Below are positions 25,038-38,656 of a DNA stretch of 64,000 bases, piece after piece. The translations under genes were made by a program, and so were the position numbers. Position 1 is the stretch's first letter, and each line of letters begins with the position of its first letter. The stretch is from NCBI GenBank assembly GCA_965153455.1, contig OZ234494.1, positions 11,780,001-11,844,000 of the forward strand, read 5' to 3'. This stretch comes from Sphagnum compactum (lineage: Eukaryota). Under the pieces are notes generated by a model. The model saw nothing but the letters and a program-made list of their open reading frames with translations. It did not search any database and had not been told where the DNA came from.

Positions 25038-28000
25038 GCACGAGATTATTACTGCACTTCTTATTATCATTCTTGTCTTGGAAGACGTTCGCCGCTAACT
25101 GCAGAGTCAAGACTTTTGTAATTATTTTCATTTAGTTGTTAGGATCGCTGAAGTTTTCTTAGCCGTCAAAGTTCAGAGTCTACTGTCTTTTGCCAAGTTT
25201 TGGTGTGGAAGAAGTTTGTTTTCTTTCTAGAGATGGCTTGATGACTTTCACCTCTCTACTACTTCAGGCTGCTTTCTGCGATGACGCCTGTGTGGAGCGC
25301 TATTTGAAAGCGCGGGGGAACAATTGCCGGAGGGCCGCAAGACTGTTGAAGGCGACTCTCAAGTGGCGGGAAAAGATTAACATTGGTAATCTTATCATCT
25401 CTATGAATATTACGGCCCAAGGAGTGAACATGCTGCACTGATCTTATTAGCACGGTAATCTTATCATCCTGAGCAAGTGTTGATCGCACGACATCTGAGC
25501 AGAAATAACTCAATGTGACGTTCCTTACATGTCAGGTTACCTGATAGCAGATGAATTCCCTGCTGAAATCGCAGCAGGAGCTGCGTATGTTGCCGGCCTC
25601 GATGACGAGGGTCGTCCAGTGTTGGTACGTTTGTGCTTGATGCAAACATTTGTTGATCTCCTCTCTGCAACACAAGTATGTTGAGTCCTTCATGAAGTTG
25701 CAACTCAGGCTGGGGGGCCTGCTTAGTTTCGTTCCTTAGAGCAACTCCACTGGTGCTCAGTTTGTGGCCCTGCAAAAGAAAATTAGATTAAGAAAAGTCA
25801 AAATATGCCAGTTTGGCTCAGCAAAGTGGTTTTGGCGGAGCATTTTTGCACAGAATGCTGAGGCTGGTAAAAGGCATGGCAAAGCCTAACACCTATTGTT
25901 GATTGGCTAGATAGTTTGATTTGTCCAGTTTGGTTGCTATTAGTAGTCTCCCACCTATTTGCAGTCCCAGTTTTAGTTTTGTGGGTGGGGCTGAAAAATA
26001 AATAATAACTAAACTTGGATGTGAGAAATATTTTTGCATGGTCACATACTGAGTTCCACTGGAGATGCTCTTATGCCATGTTTTTCTTGTTATAGTGTGT
26101 AAAGTACACAGAGATCAAGTTCAAGTTATTGCAAGAAGAGCTGGTCTACTGATATCTGCCCTGTTTCATGATTGCAGATTATAAAGAAGAAACCAGATCA
26201 CATTGTGAATCGTAACCAGAAACCGTAAGCTTTTTTTACTAATATGCAAACTGAGAATTCTAACAGGTGGTGTGCTTGGCAGCATTTTGGGCTCACTACT
26301 GTGCAATATTGTGTGGAAGAAGATGCTTACATGATTTTGATATGCATGTCAGGGTTGTGTGCCTCCAAGTAAAAGTTGATAAAAGGATCTGAATACTGGG
26401 TTACTCAGAGATGCCAGTGCATGTACACATATAACCTCATACTGCAGTTCTTAGTTCACCTTCATCTCCTAGCCCCAAGTTTTGATTTTAAGGAGGTGTT
26501 GAGAGAGGTGTTTGATGACTAAACAGATATCTACGGTATATCATCTTCACAATGGAGGTTGCTGTTGCTGCCATGCCACCAGGGGTTGACCAATGTGTCC
26601 TCATTCTAGATGCTGGGGGTAAGTTACTCATTTCTTGTTATACACTTAAGAAATCTCAAGCTGAAATATGGGATTCACAGTGGTCAAGCAAGATGACCTT
26701 ACTTGTGTATAGAGAGACAACAGCTTGCAAGATCAAAATGGGATTTGATGTGCACAACGGAGTCGGATATTAGAGTGGTCATCAGTCTCCACTTCTTAAT
26801 GGTGAGGCTAGAACCTGGGAAGCACTGTGGCAAGATCCCACTGCATAGCTTCTGATCAGGGATGCTACTAGAAGTAACATACTGGTTGGAACACTTCTGT
26901 AGGTGCTATCCAATGCAATCACTGAAGCAATGAAAGGATAAAAAGTACAGCATTTTTTTGGGCTTATGCAGTATCGTGTCCAATGCAATCTCTGGAGCAA
27001 TGGAGAGATAAAAACACATTGTTTTCCTTGGCTCATCCATTATGTGCAAGACTGGCCTAGTTTTCATCCTTTCTGATTGCAGAGCTTGTCCAAACTTGGA
27101 CATCAGTTGCACAGACAAAGTTGTGGATGCATTCCTTGTGTAGGAAGCCTCATCTATTACATGCTCTCAATGTGTGCTTGCACTAGGAATATGTTCTATT
27201 TGGACTATGGGCTACCCCAGTCAATTTTGATGCACAGGCCTTACTCAGTAATGTGTCACAGTGAAGATAGCAAAGGAGCCTGAAAGGGGAAAATGTGCCC
27301 AAGACTTGTGTTCTCCACAGCACTTGATTCTAGAACCACTGGACAAACTATGGTAAATCAGATGCAATACTGTGCCAGGCATGAAAAGTCACAGTTCTCA
27401 GTATATTTCACATGGTTGCACTTACAGTCTGCTATTCTGGGCAGGTTACTCAAGGATCAGTGCTCCATCTCCAGGTGGAATCCTTGCCACGTTAAGGATT
27501 ATTGCTGATCATTATCCAGAGAGGCTGGCAAAAGCCTTCATTGTGGATGCCTCCTCCATGTTCTACTATGCTTGGAAGGTGGGCAGGCTTTTTTGCATGT
27601 GTAAAAACAAGTTGCAATATATGTTGATATCATTTCAGATTTTAATGTTCTTACTGACCTAGCCTGAGGTGTGCTGATGTTGAAAGCATTTCCAGAATAG
27701 ATCTGCATGCTAAGGCACTGACCTGTGAACAATCCAGGGAATTTGCACATTTGTTGACCACTCAACAAGAGGCAGGTTGAGCTTTGCGTATTTGAAGGAT
27801 TACATATCTGTAAAGCCACAGCAAGCTCTCAAGGCTACTCCACCATCCTCACCACTTGCTCACTCTCCTGAACAGGCCTACTTTCCAGATGATATTAGCC
27901 TTCCAAGCTCCATATACAATTCCACATCAGGTCAGTTATTGAACTCCTACTTGATATGACAGGTCTATCAAAACTTCTTGTTTCAGTCTTTTGATTTTCT

Positions 28001-29836
28001 CTACTCTTTATACCAAGATCAACCTATCAAATTTGAAAGCTAGATTGAAACTTCTTGTGAATAATCTTTTTGACTGGATGTGTAAGTCCCATTATTTCAG
28101 TTTTTTGTTAGTTCAGAGGTCAGCCCTTAACTTCAAATGTGTTGTGGTTGGAGAATAGGGACAAGATTAGGTCTATGTAGTCTTTCCATAGCAAGGTACT
28201 AAATGCAGCAGTTTATCTGTTTGGATTTCCAGTTAAATAACTTCCTCTTGTTTGGTCAGTCGATTTTTACATAGTGAATTGGTATCCCAATGGTGACTGG
28301 TTATGCAGTTTTTAAACCTAGCTTCCACCTCTTCTCCGATGTATTTGATTTTTTGAATTGTCTTATTAAGTCTAATTCCTGTTTTCCTTAGTAAGAAGGT
28401 TGCAGATCATCCATTTGTTCCCGATGTCTCTGATTTCTCTAACTTCATGTATCTAGACAAAGATGCTATTGGCAGTGGCAAATGCTTTAAATCATTTTGT
28501 GAAAAAAGATGTTTTGCATTTCTTCCATTGGAATCTTCCTAATGATCAGTTCAGAGGCTTCTTAATTCTAAGTGGGGAGCTTTTCTAAGCCAATTTTATC
28601 ACCTGATGTTCTTGCTCCACAATTTCTCCTTGTTTCTCTCTGTTACTTCCTCCTTTCTTCTTGTGGTTTTTCCCTTTCTCTTTTTTTAAGAAAAGATGTT
28701 CCTCTTTCTTCTTGGGGGATTGTTTTGGTCTTCTCCTTTTCATTAAGTTTTGTTGAGATAGCCAACATAATGGCTAAGTTTCCCATTACTGCGTTTCTGC
28801 CTGTCTTGTGAGGGCTCAGCACATGGGTTGATGTTAATATTGGACATTGGCCTGCATCCATTGCCAGGAACTGATGACATCAGTGGGATTTTTTGGTGTG
28901 TTGTTAATACCATACATGTTGCTACTGAAGGTCCCTGAGTATGTGTATGACAATCGCTGTTGTTCAAACTGCTTCTCTATATTTGTTTTGTGGTCTTATT
29001 TTCTCATTTGCTTTGGAGTTTGTTTCCTCTTTGTCATGCTAGCTGATCGGTTGCTGTTATGATGTCAGATCTGAAATGTACATAACCTTATTGTTGGGTC
29101 ATCTCTCAAGTTTTTTTCAGTTGAAGTGTAAGCATTGAGAAGTTCTCAGTACTTCTGTAGATAATACATTGGACTTTCCTTTCATCATTATGGTGTTGCT
29201 TGCATGCTAAGTGTGGCACCAAGCTTCTCATAGTTCATATTCCAAAACTTGGGAGATGGGGAAATGTTCTTCCAGCCTTCTACTGTGGCCTCAAGTAGAC
29301 TAACTTAATGGTTCCATATGTCACCTGCAGGCCCAGGTGGAATTCCTCTTTCTCCTTGTTACAACACAGATTCTCCAGAGATTGTTGAGAAGACCTTTGG
29401 GGATGGACCTCAATTGACATCCGGGAATGTTCAAAGGTCTTTTTCTTTTTCTTTTTCTTCAGCACCTGATCCCACATGCCACTCACCAGACTTACAAGAA
29501 GGGAGGCTGTCAAGTGCCAGAAAGGACAAATGGATGGTAAGCAACTCTGAAACTCCCATCTCAGCTCCTGCAAGAAGCAGGAGACAAAAAAAGCCACCTC
29601 CCTCACCAGATGGTTTGTTGTCAACACCATATTCAAGGAAAAAACCAGAGGGTTTGTCAGCGGAAAACAAAAACAAAAGTGTTGACATTTTCCGACCCTA
29701 CGTGAGGTTTCTCTCGGAACTGTATGATGAGGCAGCTTACAGAGCATTGATGAAGCCTCCCCTCGGTGGCCTGATGTCTATAGTCTCAAGAGATCATCTG
29801 AACTACCAAAGGAATTCTGACTCCAGCCTGACCTAG
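24903..29836 (+). CDS. CRAL-TRIO/Sec14-like lipid-binding protein, 8 coding exons, ~437 aa
   Basis: join(24903-25037,25268-25385,25536-25624,26178-26224,26527-26618,27445-27578,27738-27930,29331-29836) = 1314 nt, open. Motifs: [14 protein letters not shown]...LKWR (CRAL_TRIO_N), [44 protein letters not shown], and C-terminal [25 protein letters not shown]. Confidence 0.9.
25268..25385 (+). CDS. Sec14-like gene exon 2
   Basis: TTCAG| acceptor, [17 protein letters not shown]...WREKINI, |GTAATC donor. Confidence 0.9.
25536..25624 (+). CDS. Sec14-like gene exon 3
   Basis: GTCAG| acceptor, [29 protein letters not shown], |GTACGT donor. Confidence 0.9.
26178..26224 (+). CDS. Sec14-like gene exon 4 (47 nt)
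   Basis: TGCAG| acceptor, [15 protein letters not shown], |GTAAGC donor; needed for phase. Confidence 0.85.
26527..26618 (+). CDS. Sec14-like gene exon 5
   Basis: AACAG| acceptor, [30 protein letters not shown], |GTAAGT donor. Confidence 0.9.
27445..27578 (+). CDS. Sec14-like gene exon 6
   Basis: GGCAG| acceptor, YSRISAP...[24 protein letters not shown], |GTGGGC donor. Confidence 0.9.
27738..27930 (+). CDS. Sec14-like gene exon 7
   Basis: TCCAG| acceptor, [22 protein letters not shown]...YNSTS, |GTCAGT donor. Confidence 0.85.
29331..29836 (+). CDS. Sec14-like gene exon 8 (last coding exon)
   Basis: TGCAG| acceptor in phase 1; Ser/Pro-rich linker, then the conserved C-terminal block; TAG at 29834-29836. 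Confidence 0.88.
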
Positions 29837-30666
29837 ATTTAGATGTGCAGATGGGCATGGATATACCTTCCTCAACATATAGTTGTCATTCCTTGTTTAC
29901 CTTTAGTCACACTTGGACTTTTGTTTGTCCATGTTGTCCATGGGAAACAGAATGAAGGGTGTTTCATGTCGTTGTGTTTAGAGTCACTGCACCTCCATTT
30001 GGATCACACCCAAGGATCCAGGAGCATTCTTTCCTTGAGCTTAAGATGGATTGAAAATGTGCATGTCATGTATGTGTGATGCCACGTTCTTGACACAAGT
30101 TCAAGGCATTCACGTCTTTCTTGCGTCTAGAGGAGGCTCTCCATTCCGGCAGCGTCTCTTTGGTTGATAGATAGTTGCATTTCTTTATCATTCTTCACTC
30201 ATTCTCAAGCTTTTATTTGTTTTTACTAGGAATGGGTGGAGGGGATTAGCCGATTCCACCCATTCCATTTTGCTATTTGCAATTCTTCCACTTCCAAGGC
30301 AAACTTAAGTGATTCACTTCAATCCATTTTTTGGGCTCTTTTCCAACATGTTGTTTGCTGTCTTGATGGCAAGCACTTCTCCTTTTTGTGTTCATATGTG
30401 ATGGATTTGCCTCTTCCTCTCTAGTTGCATTCCCAAGAGACTTTCCTCATTAGTTGCCAACCTCATGGTTTGTTAGAGATATGTTTTTCTTTTTCATTTA
30501 CTCATCAATTGGGTTCCGAACTTTTTCACATAAAAGAGGATGTTCAATGCATTTCAATTACTTGCATCCCTTAACATTCCCGGACTAATAGACCTCCTAT
30601 TAATTGAATGTTGGTTATATAGTCTAGTTCCAATGTTGGGTTTGGAGATTCCTAGGTTTTAGGTCA

Positions 30667-30744
30667 CCTATTTATTAAGAATGGTAGTTTGTTCATCATG
30701 TTGAGACCTATTCACACTTGGGCCAATGGTGCATGCCATAGTAA
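30667..30744 (+). mobile_element. ~78-bp ends-only derivative of the Helitron at 10672-11113
   Basis: 5' part (CTATTTATTAAGAATGGTAGTTTGTT..TGAGACC) fused to 3' part (CACTTGGGCCAATGG..GCCA). Confidence 0.5.
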
Positions 30745-32544
30745 AAACAATTAAGCAACAATGATAATATTTAGATGATTCAAGAATAGCTACCACAATT
30801 ACATTTGAATATAGTGGAATGGATAGTGAACCTTTGATTATTCCAATGATGGTGATTCATTGAAGGTAGTTTAGATAAAGCAATTTTAGGTTCCCATAAG
30901 TTGTTCTTTTGGATGATCACTCCAAATTGAAATTTATTTAGCCAATTACTAAGTAAAGAGGAATGGAAAGGTGTCTTTTTGAACCTATGTATTTTCAAAG
31001 TTTTTCTTTAGCAATGTAATTACAAATAGATTTTCGATATCTTTTGCACTAATATGTGTTCCATTTCTTTTCAATGGAATGTAGATCCAATTTGATGGAA
31101 TTTAAGCATCTAAATTTAGTAAAATTCAATTCAAGTTGTGTGTAATGCCATTTCAATATTTTCATTTGGATGGAATTTGACTTCCACAAAATCCATTCAT
31201 TTTTTTCATAAGTTGCCCAAGTTACAATAGGAACAACAAATTCCCATTTGAGATCATTCGTTTTTACCATTTCTTTTTCCATCCCTCATTTTTGTTCTTT
31301 AAAGAACAATGTTAAATTTTGAATTTATTTTTAATGGATGATAGATGTCTACATTTGCAACATCATATAATGTAATAATGCAAATTATTATTATTAGTTT
31401 CATGCCTTTGATTTTATTTTATTTTGAATGATTATTACGTGTTAACATGGCATGACAATCCTAATCATATTCTTTGTCTTCTTCTTTTTTTTTCTTCAAT
31501 TCGATTCAATCAGTGAAACATTCAATTCTAGCCTTCAATTTATTTTTTATTGGAAGCATTCAAATCAAGCATTATTTTCCTACATTTAAAGTTGAATGAT
31601 GGTACGTGCTTGGAAATGTAGCAATAACATTGTGAAATTAATTTAAGTTTTGTTGTAACTTGTCATCCTTATCATATATGTTAATTATTCTTTGGACTTA
31701 TCTAGAGTTATCTAGACTTTGAGCCATTCACAACAATATAGCATTAGCTTGTGCACCCTAAAAATGAATCTTCCAAGGCTACCTACTTCATTTCATTCAT
31801 CTACCAACCTACAAGAATATGAAAAGGCATATCAATTTTACCATTACCTTTGGGGGAACAAGGTGGAGGTTCATCAATTTAATAATCATTTTTAAATGTA
31901 TGGAATGTACTATTATAGTTAAATTGATTTTTAAATTTAATTGTATGATCATTTAGCTTCATTACCGAATAGTAATAACACTATTATTTAGTTATAATTT
32001 TTTTGAATTGACATTATATAACCTTGGATTAATCCAAAGTTTTTTCCTTATTCATAAGGTTCTAGTATGTATATAAAGTGTCAGGTATTTACTATGAGAA
32101 CATTAGTTATTTGGTGGGAAGGAATTTAAATTAGAACATAATTCATAAATGGAGAAAATCAACTCAATTTATAGTTGAAAATTTCAATGCTTCTAAAAGA
32201 ACAAAATGAACATTAGCCATGACAAATAATTGATTTTTGCCACAAATATTTATTTAAAGTGTAATAAGATTTTTTTTCAAATCAAGATTGAGTTCTTTAA
32301 TCAATTGAAAGTCTTGAAAGCATGATTAATTATTTTCGTGAATTGTATTGGTGTTGTTAAAATTGATTATGTATTAAGGCCATGAATCGCATGAAAATAA
32401 AGGGGTAATTTTATTGGACAAGAGGATGGTGCCTTTAGCAAATGACCAACATTTCTATTGAATGATGTCACTATCATTATTGGATGATGTTTTAATCACC
32501 AATAGAAATATTCTCCAAGTGTTGGATGATGTCACATTCACCAA

Positions 32545-33491
32545 TCTTATATATAAATTCACTAAGTCTGTCTGTGATGGAGGTTTTGGGGGGTGGGGGA
32601 GGGAGAGGCCGGTGAAGGAGCGGGTCGTCCATTCGATGAAGTCCTTTTCACACCAGAAAAATTGTTATGACCCAAAAAGTTGTCAAAATATATATTTTGT
32701 GTTGAGGTACACAATTATCTTCCAAAAAAATGTAATTTTCAAATCATTTCAAGCCATTTTTGAACAAGAATAATGAACAAATGCATTAGTTATAGTGTTT
32801 TAATAATGTTTTTAGGTATTTTAAATTCATTTGAATCATTTCAAACTTATTCAAGTGTTTGTATAATGTATTTAAAACATTATTACATAAGAACACCAAC
32901 TAAGTCTGTCTATGACGGAGGTTTTGGGGGGTGGGGGAGGGAGAGGCCGGTGAAGCAACGGGTGGTGGGAAGAGGTTTCCAGGAACTGCTATGGCTTTTG
33001 GGCGAACTTAGCATTACCTGTGGATTTTATTCAAAAGACTTCCATTTTGCTTGAAAGGGTCCCTGTGATGGAAAGCTGCTATCAAGTAGAAGGTAAAAGG
33101 CCTCCTGACACACTGCATCCTGGCAAGAACTTTGCTCAAAGTGTGGTGGTTCAAGCTAGATTAGAGTACCCATAACCTAACCAGTAATTGGCTTTTCAAT
33201 GGTGATTTGAAAGGTATCCTTTTTTTTTTGGCACGGATGGTAGAAGTTTGGAGGTAATAATACTATGACACATTTCATGAAGAGATTTTATGAGATTTAT
33301 GGGCCTGAAACTCACAGGAAATCAACTATTTTTCTAGCACGGGGGAGGGGGGGGGGAGGGGGCAACACAGGGCGGGAAGTTAATTATATATAACAGGGGA
33401 ATGGGGGGGGAGGGGGGGGTCGACGGGGTAAATGGGAAGGACCGGGCGGGGGGGAGCTCGACGGGTGCATTATGCATCGGGTTCACACTAG
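32545..33491 (+). mobile_element. Non-autonomous Helitron (~950 bp) with an internal duplication and G-rich tracts
   Basis: A|TC start at 32545; hairpin GGTGCA-TTA-TGCATC followed by CTAG|T at 33488-33491; ~57-bp segment repeated at 32561 and 32899. Confidence 0.7.
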
Positions 33492-36323
33492 TAGGTAGTA
33501 ATATTCTCTAATTGCTATTAACACTTGACTATTGCTATTAAGGGAGACTTTAAACACCTCCCAATGAACATTGTCTAATGCATTCATTAGTCAATAATGT
33601 TTAACCCCACACAAAATTACGTGGTTTTGTTACATGGTTGGATTGCTTTGATTAAAAAATTGATCATTGATATTCATAGTCAAAAATTATGTTAATGATT
33701 TGTATTATCTCTCTCACTTAAAAGGTATTAGGTTCAAAATTGGTGTGAGGCAATAAAACATGCAAAATAAAAAATTAGGAATCTTTTTGTAAAACCATGT
33801 AAGTCACAAAAAAAAAACTCAAAAATGTGTTGAACAAAGCTTGTTGGGGGATATTTAAGGTCTCCCTTACTACTAGTATTTTGCTATTGTTATTGGATTA
33901 TAATTAATATTATCTACAAGGTACAATTCCTATAGTAATCAAATGGAGGAATTATTTGTGTTAAACAAGCAAATAGTTGGAACAGATGAGGCATAAACTA
34001 AATGGTAGAAAAAAACATTGATTTAAAAATTTGAGGGGTAAGGTTTCAAAGAAGACTCTTCTCACCTTCCAATTCAATTTTTTCAGGCCTAATAATCACA
34101 ACAAAACATTAAACACACCCCAAAGCTACTTGCAAAACCTTAACCTTATTTTTTCCATGAAGTGTTATCAACACATGAAAAAATACACATTCTTTTATTA
34201 TAAAAATGATGCTACTATCCCTTAACTACATAATGATGCTACCACCACATTTTTAGTCTAATATTATTTTAAAGACAATATTATGTACTATTATTACTCC
34301 ATACTAATCACCATGGCTCCTTCACATAATCTTGTTTTAACATTAGTGCCCCTAATAAGTTTTCAAATATTGAGACTTGTTTTCCATCACTTAAATGGTT
34401 TTGGTCATTAATAAAAAATAAATCATTAGTTTGGCAACTATGTGTATTCCTTAAATTCACCTTTACAAAATTCAAGTCATTTGAAGATGGTCAACCAGAC
34501 ATCAATGGTTCATCAAAATTAAACAAAAGAAGAAGAAATATGTTATGTGAATATAAGTATAGTTTTTCATGTATTATGAGTAATGTGAATAGGTATACAT
34601 TCAGAAACTTTAACCCAAAAAAAGTTATGAACTTTTGAATGTCCTAAAATGGATTTTATTTTCATATGTCCATATCATATTCATTTTTTGATGGATTCAA
34701 TTAAATTTTTTCAACATGTATGTTAAAGTGTTATCTAACTAGGTTTTTATACACATAATCTTTATTAGTTCATTAACCACCGTGCAATCCCCCACTTCAA
34801 TAATGATATCAAAATAAACTATCATTTAACATTATTAATTGAACTTTTTATGAATTATTTATTTATCAAAATTGATTCACCTTATGTTGCAATCACCTTT
34901 CAAGAGATTTATTTATTTTTAATCTCAATAAATTGTCATTCTAATGTAGTCCCACATGGACCTACAAATTTTTTGATAAGAAAATAAAATATATGATAAG
35001 AAGAATAATGCTTCCTATGGAATCTAATTGATGGTGAAGTCCATGTGAATTTGTGGTGAATTTTGAACCCAATTTTAACTATAGTTACACTAAACATTTT
35101 ATTTGCATGTTTTGCATTATAGAAGAAATTGAAAGGTATTTATGAAATGTGTCATCTAGCAATTTTTTGGGTGGTGAATTTGTTTTAAAAGAAATTCCTT
35201 GGAAAATTTTAGAATAAGTGTTTTTGTAGTGTAAAATGTGGATTTTCATGTAAAATGTGAATTTTCGTATAAAATTTGTTATTTTTTCATATTCAACAGT
35301 TGAAAAATAAAAGAAAACATCATTTGTGTCATATTATCCTAATCATACCAAAGCCCTCACCCCCTTGTCCTAGTCAGAAGGAATTAAGAAAAACATTTTA
35401 TGCTTTGAAATTTTAATTGTTATTATTGAATTTAGGAGTTCCCACCAATGCCACTTCACAAGCTTGGCTCTAACAAGTCCACATGCACACTATTCATGAA
35501 CATGGTTGTTGTTTTTAAGGTGAATTTAGTCATTCCTAGAATAACCATGTAAATCAATCCTCACCCTACACAATCTCAATGTGAATGGGTTACCCATGCT
35601 TGAAACTCACCCCTACAACCAATTAATAAAACTAACTAACCGTAGGTACCCATCACAATAAAAATTACCCATGTCTAAGACTCACACCCACGACTAACTA
35701 ATAAAACTAACAATAGGTATTCGTCATAGAAAAGATTACTTTTGGAAACATCAACTTGTATCCATCAATGAGTGAAAAAAGTGAATGTTCATGACCAATT
35801 TTGGTGTTAGGAGAACGTGTCATAGTGTGGGCATTATATTGTGGGAAACAAGGGTGGCAAAGCGCAAGGTTTCAAGTGTTAATGCTCATCAAGCATTAAG
35901 CTTACACGATAGTGCCATTCCTAGCATAACAACCAACAATTGTGTTGATCCAATGGCCAAAGTTCCCCATCATTATAACACTTGCATGAATGAGATCCCT
36001 CACTTGTGTTACAACTCTTCCTCATGTGTTACAACAAACCCTACTGGAGCACAAAAAAGACAAAAGACAAACCTACATGTTCACAAAACAACAAAATATT
36101 GACACCCAAAAGTCTTCATGAACTCGTGAAGTCGGCACAACATGTCCTTAAACAACACAAGATACTTTAAAGAACAGTGCAGAAACCACCACCACAAACC
36201 AACAAGAGTCAGGTTCATAACCAAGTCAACAAGGAATAATAATAATAACCCTTAGAGCTTTGCTGGCTATGGAGTGGAGTTGATTTTTAAACTCCTCTCC
36301 CCCCCCCTCTCCGGTTTTGACCT

Positions 36324-36559
36324 GTCTTTCCTTTTTCCTGAGCGCCTCCACTGCCGCTACATATATTTTCACTGCTCCTATATGTACAACCGCAATAATT
36401 ACCCCGAACCTTGTGCATTAAATGCTGAGTTTCAGCATTTCATACCCAGATTTAATAAAACTTCCTTACTTTGGGGACCTCAGTCAAAGAGGGGATAGGG
36501 AGTGAAAAGAGGCCCAAAGACAGGGTGAAGACTGGATGACTTTAAGGAAAACTCTAATA
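36324..36559 (+). repeat. Left arm of a long inverted-repeat pair (partner 41742-41971)
   Basis: GTCTTTCCTTTTTCCTGAGCGCCTCCACTGC...GAACCTTGTGCATTAAATGCTGAGTTTC...CAAAGACAGGGTGAAGAC is reverse-complementary to 41742-41971. Confidence 0.85.
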
Positions 36560-36730
36560 TCACAGAGAAAGCAAAAATAAGTCTTTCATATCACAGAGAA
36601 AGCAAAAATAAGTCTTTCACAACAAACTATGGATAACCTGGTCAAACTGGGGGTAAAGTATGGATAACCTCATCAAAATGGGGGTCAAACTGGGGGTAAA
36701 CTATGGATAACCTCGTCAAACTGGGGGTTA
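36557..36730. repeat. Two short tandem arrays (2 x 31 bp; ~3 x 31-42 bp)
   Basis: ATATCACAGAGAAAGCAAAAATAAGTCTTTC x2; TATGGATAACCTnnTCAAA(C)TGGGGGT x3. Confidence 0.85.
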
Positions 36731-37969
36731 CCCATATAGCACCCGGAACTGGGGGGCACTGGATGAAATCCAGAAAGTCAGGATGAAAACAGTCCGCAGG
36801 CGAACAAGAGGGGACCAAAACTGGTTTTCTCACCCAAATTGGAGTTTTGCCCCCATTTTGTTGCCTTTCTGTACTCCGGATCATTATTCTTCATCAAATC
36901 AAAGTCTTGTTAGTATAAGATCCTGCAAATCTTCTGAATTGATACCCAGTTTCGTTAAACAATGTCAAGTTTTGCTCACTTTACAGATACACACACAGTG
37001 CATGAAACAGGGATTACAGGGTTAAACTAGGGTCCGAAGCCAGCATGACTTTAGGATAGGTCAAATGTGTGCTATTTTTTTTAGTATTATCAAAATTTCT
37101 ATGTTTGAATCTATCATGCTGAAAACTTTTAATTTACATGCCACAAGATTATATAAATATAAAAAAATTCAAATATTTAAAGAAAACCCAAATGACTATT
37201 TCAGAACTGAAGAATAATCAAAGTAACTTGGAGGCCAGTTTTGTGGCCCACCTTATCTATGTAGATTAGTCTCTCTGTTTGGTACTCACAAACAACCATA
37301 TTCCAAGCAATGATAAAAATCAATTTAATTGTGTTGTGGTAAATTTTCAATTTTTGATTACCTGGCATATATGGCCATGCTTTTTTTTTTCCCCCTATTT
37401 TTAATTTCAGAAAATTGGAAAATTGTTGCTGAAATTGCCCATTCGACCCTGAAAAACTATATGTTTCCAAAAAATATTTATAAAAAAAATGAAAAAATAT
37501 CAAAAATTCACCACAAACAAAATCACATGGATATGGTTGTATGTGAATCAAAAGACTGCTCTAGAGTCTACATACATAAAGGGGGAATTGGTTTCAGTGT
37601 TCCTATTTTGTTTATTTCTTTCAAAACTCATTTAAATTTTAGTACCCACCCAACAGTGTGATTCCAGTTTTTTTTATTTAATTTATTCTAGTTATTTTAT
37701 TTTATTTTATTTTATTTTAAAATTCAGAATCAGAGAACCGCCAGTTCTGGGTAATTTTTCCAAAAATCAGAGTCAAAGAACTGCTGGTTCCGTTTATTAT
37801 TTAAAAACCCTCAAAGGACCGTTGGGTTTCACAAGTGACTCAACAAAGAACAGATGATTTTCCGGGGGTTTATTTAACTTTTTCACAAAATTTTTTTGGG
37901 AACCATGGTTGCATATGGGTTCCAACATGTACCCAAAGTTGGCAACTCGCTCACATTTTGTTTCTAATA

Positions 37970-38195
37970 GCCAGAGTGAACCATCACCCACCGACAAGGC
38001 AGGATGAATGGTGTGTGGACGGAAAATACCGTCTTTCAAATCCTATTCCTATCCCATAGCAAACCATGGTGGTTAGCTATGTACTAATCTAAAGGGGCCA
38101 GAGTGAACCATCCATCACCCACCAGTGGACAAGGGCAGGATGGATGGTGTTCTTGTATTCTTGTCTTATAGCAAACCAAGGTGGGTTAGCTATAT
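37970..38195. repeat. Diverged tandem duplication (~125 bp x 2)
   Basis: GCCAGAGTGAACCATC...GCAGGATG..TGGTGT...ATAGCAAACCA.GGTGG.TTAGCTAT occurs twice. Confidence 0.75.
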
Positions 38196-38656
38196 AAACT
38201 AAGAACATCTCCACCAACACACTATACAAACACATTTTGGATGAAGATTACTAAAAATTTGTCCAAAAAGTTCAATAAAATGACTTGTGGCTCAGCATTT
38301 GAGTAGCATATTTACAGGTGAAAGCCACAAGCACAGTCTAATATTTACTCTTGATTCACCAGATGCAAGTCTAGATGGTTTGTTATTAATAACTTCTGAC
38401 CATTTTTCCTCACCCAAGGTCATGTCCATGAGTTAGGCTTGGAATCGTTAAACAAATAATCTTGGATAAGAAAAATACTATTGGAGGGCTAAATGGGTTT
38501 AGGCTTTAGGGTTTAGGGTATGGGTGGAGCTGCTCGAAGGCTCTGAAGGCTAGGTGAAGAACCCGGAGTCACCAACAGGGCAAATAGCAGCTGACCACAT
38601 GCCCAAACTCTTCTTAGATCTTAAGTTTGTATCAAAACTCGAGGAAATTTTTTGGC

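Noticed and set aside
28812-28960. Possible extra exon in the last Sec14-like intron
   Set aside because: Exons 7 and 8 already join in phase; no convincing splice pair or homology.
29280-29747. 155-aa minus-strand ORF
   Set aside because: Antisense shadow of the last Sec14-like exon.
38494-38520. Interstitial TTTAGGG repeats as a telomere remnant (also ~44733-44748)
   Set aside because: Only 2-3 units; common telo-box-sized motifs in plant DNA.
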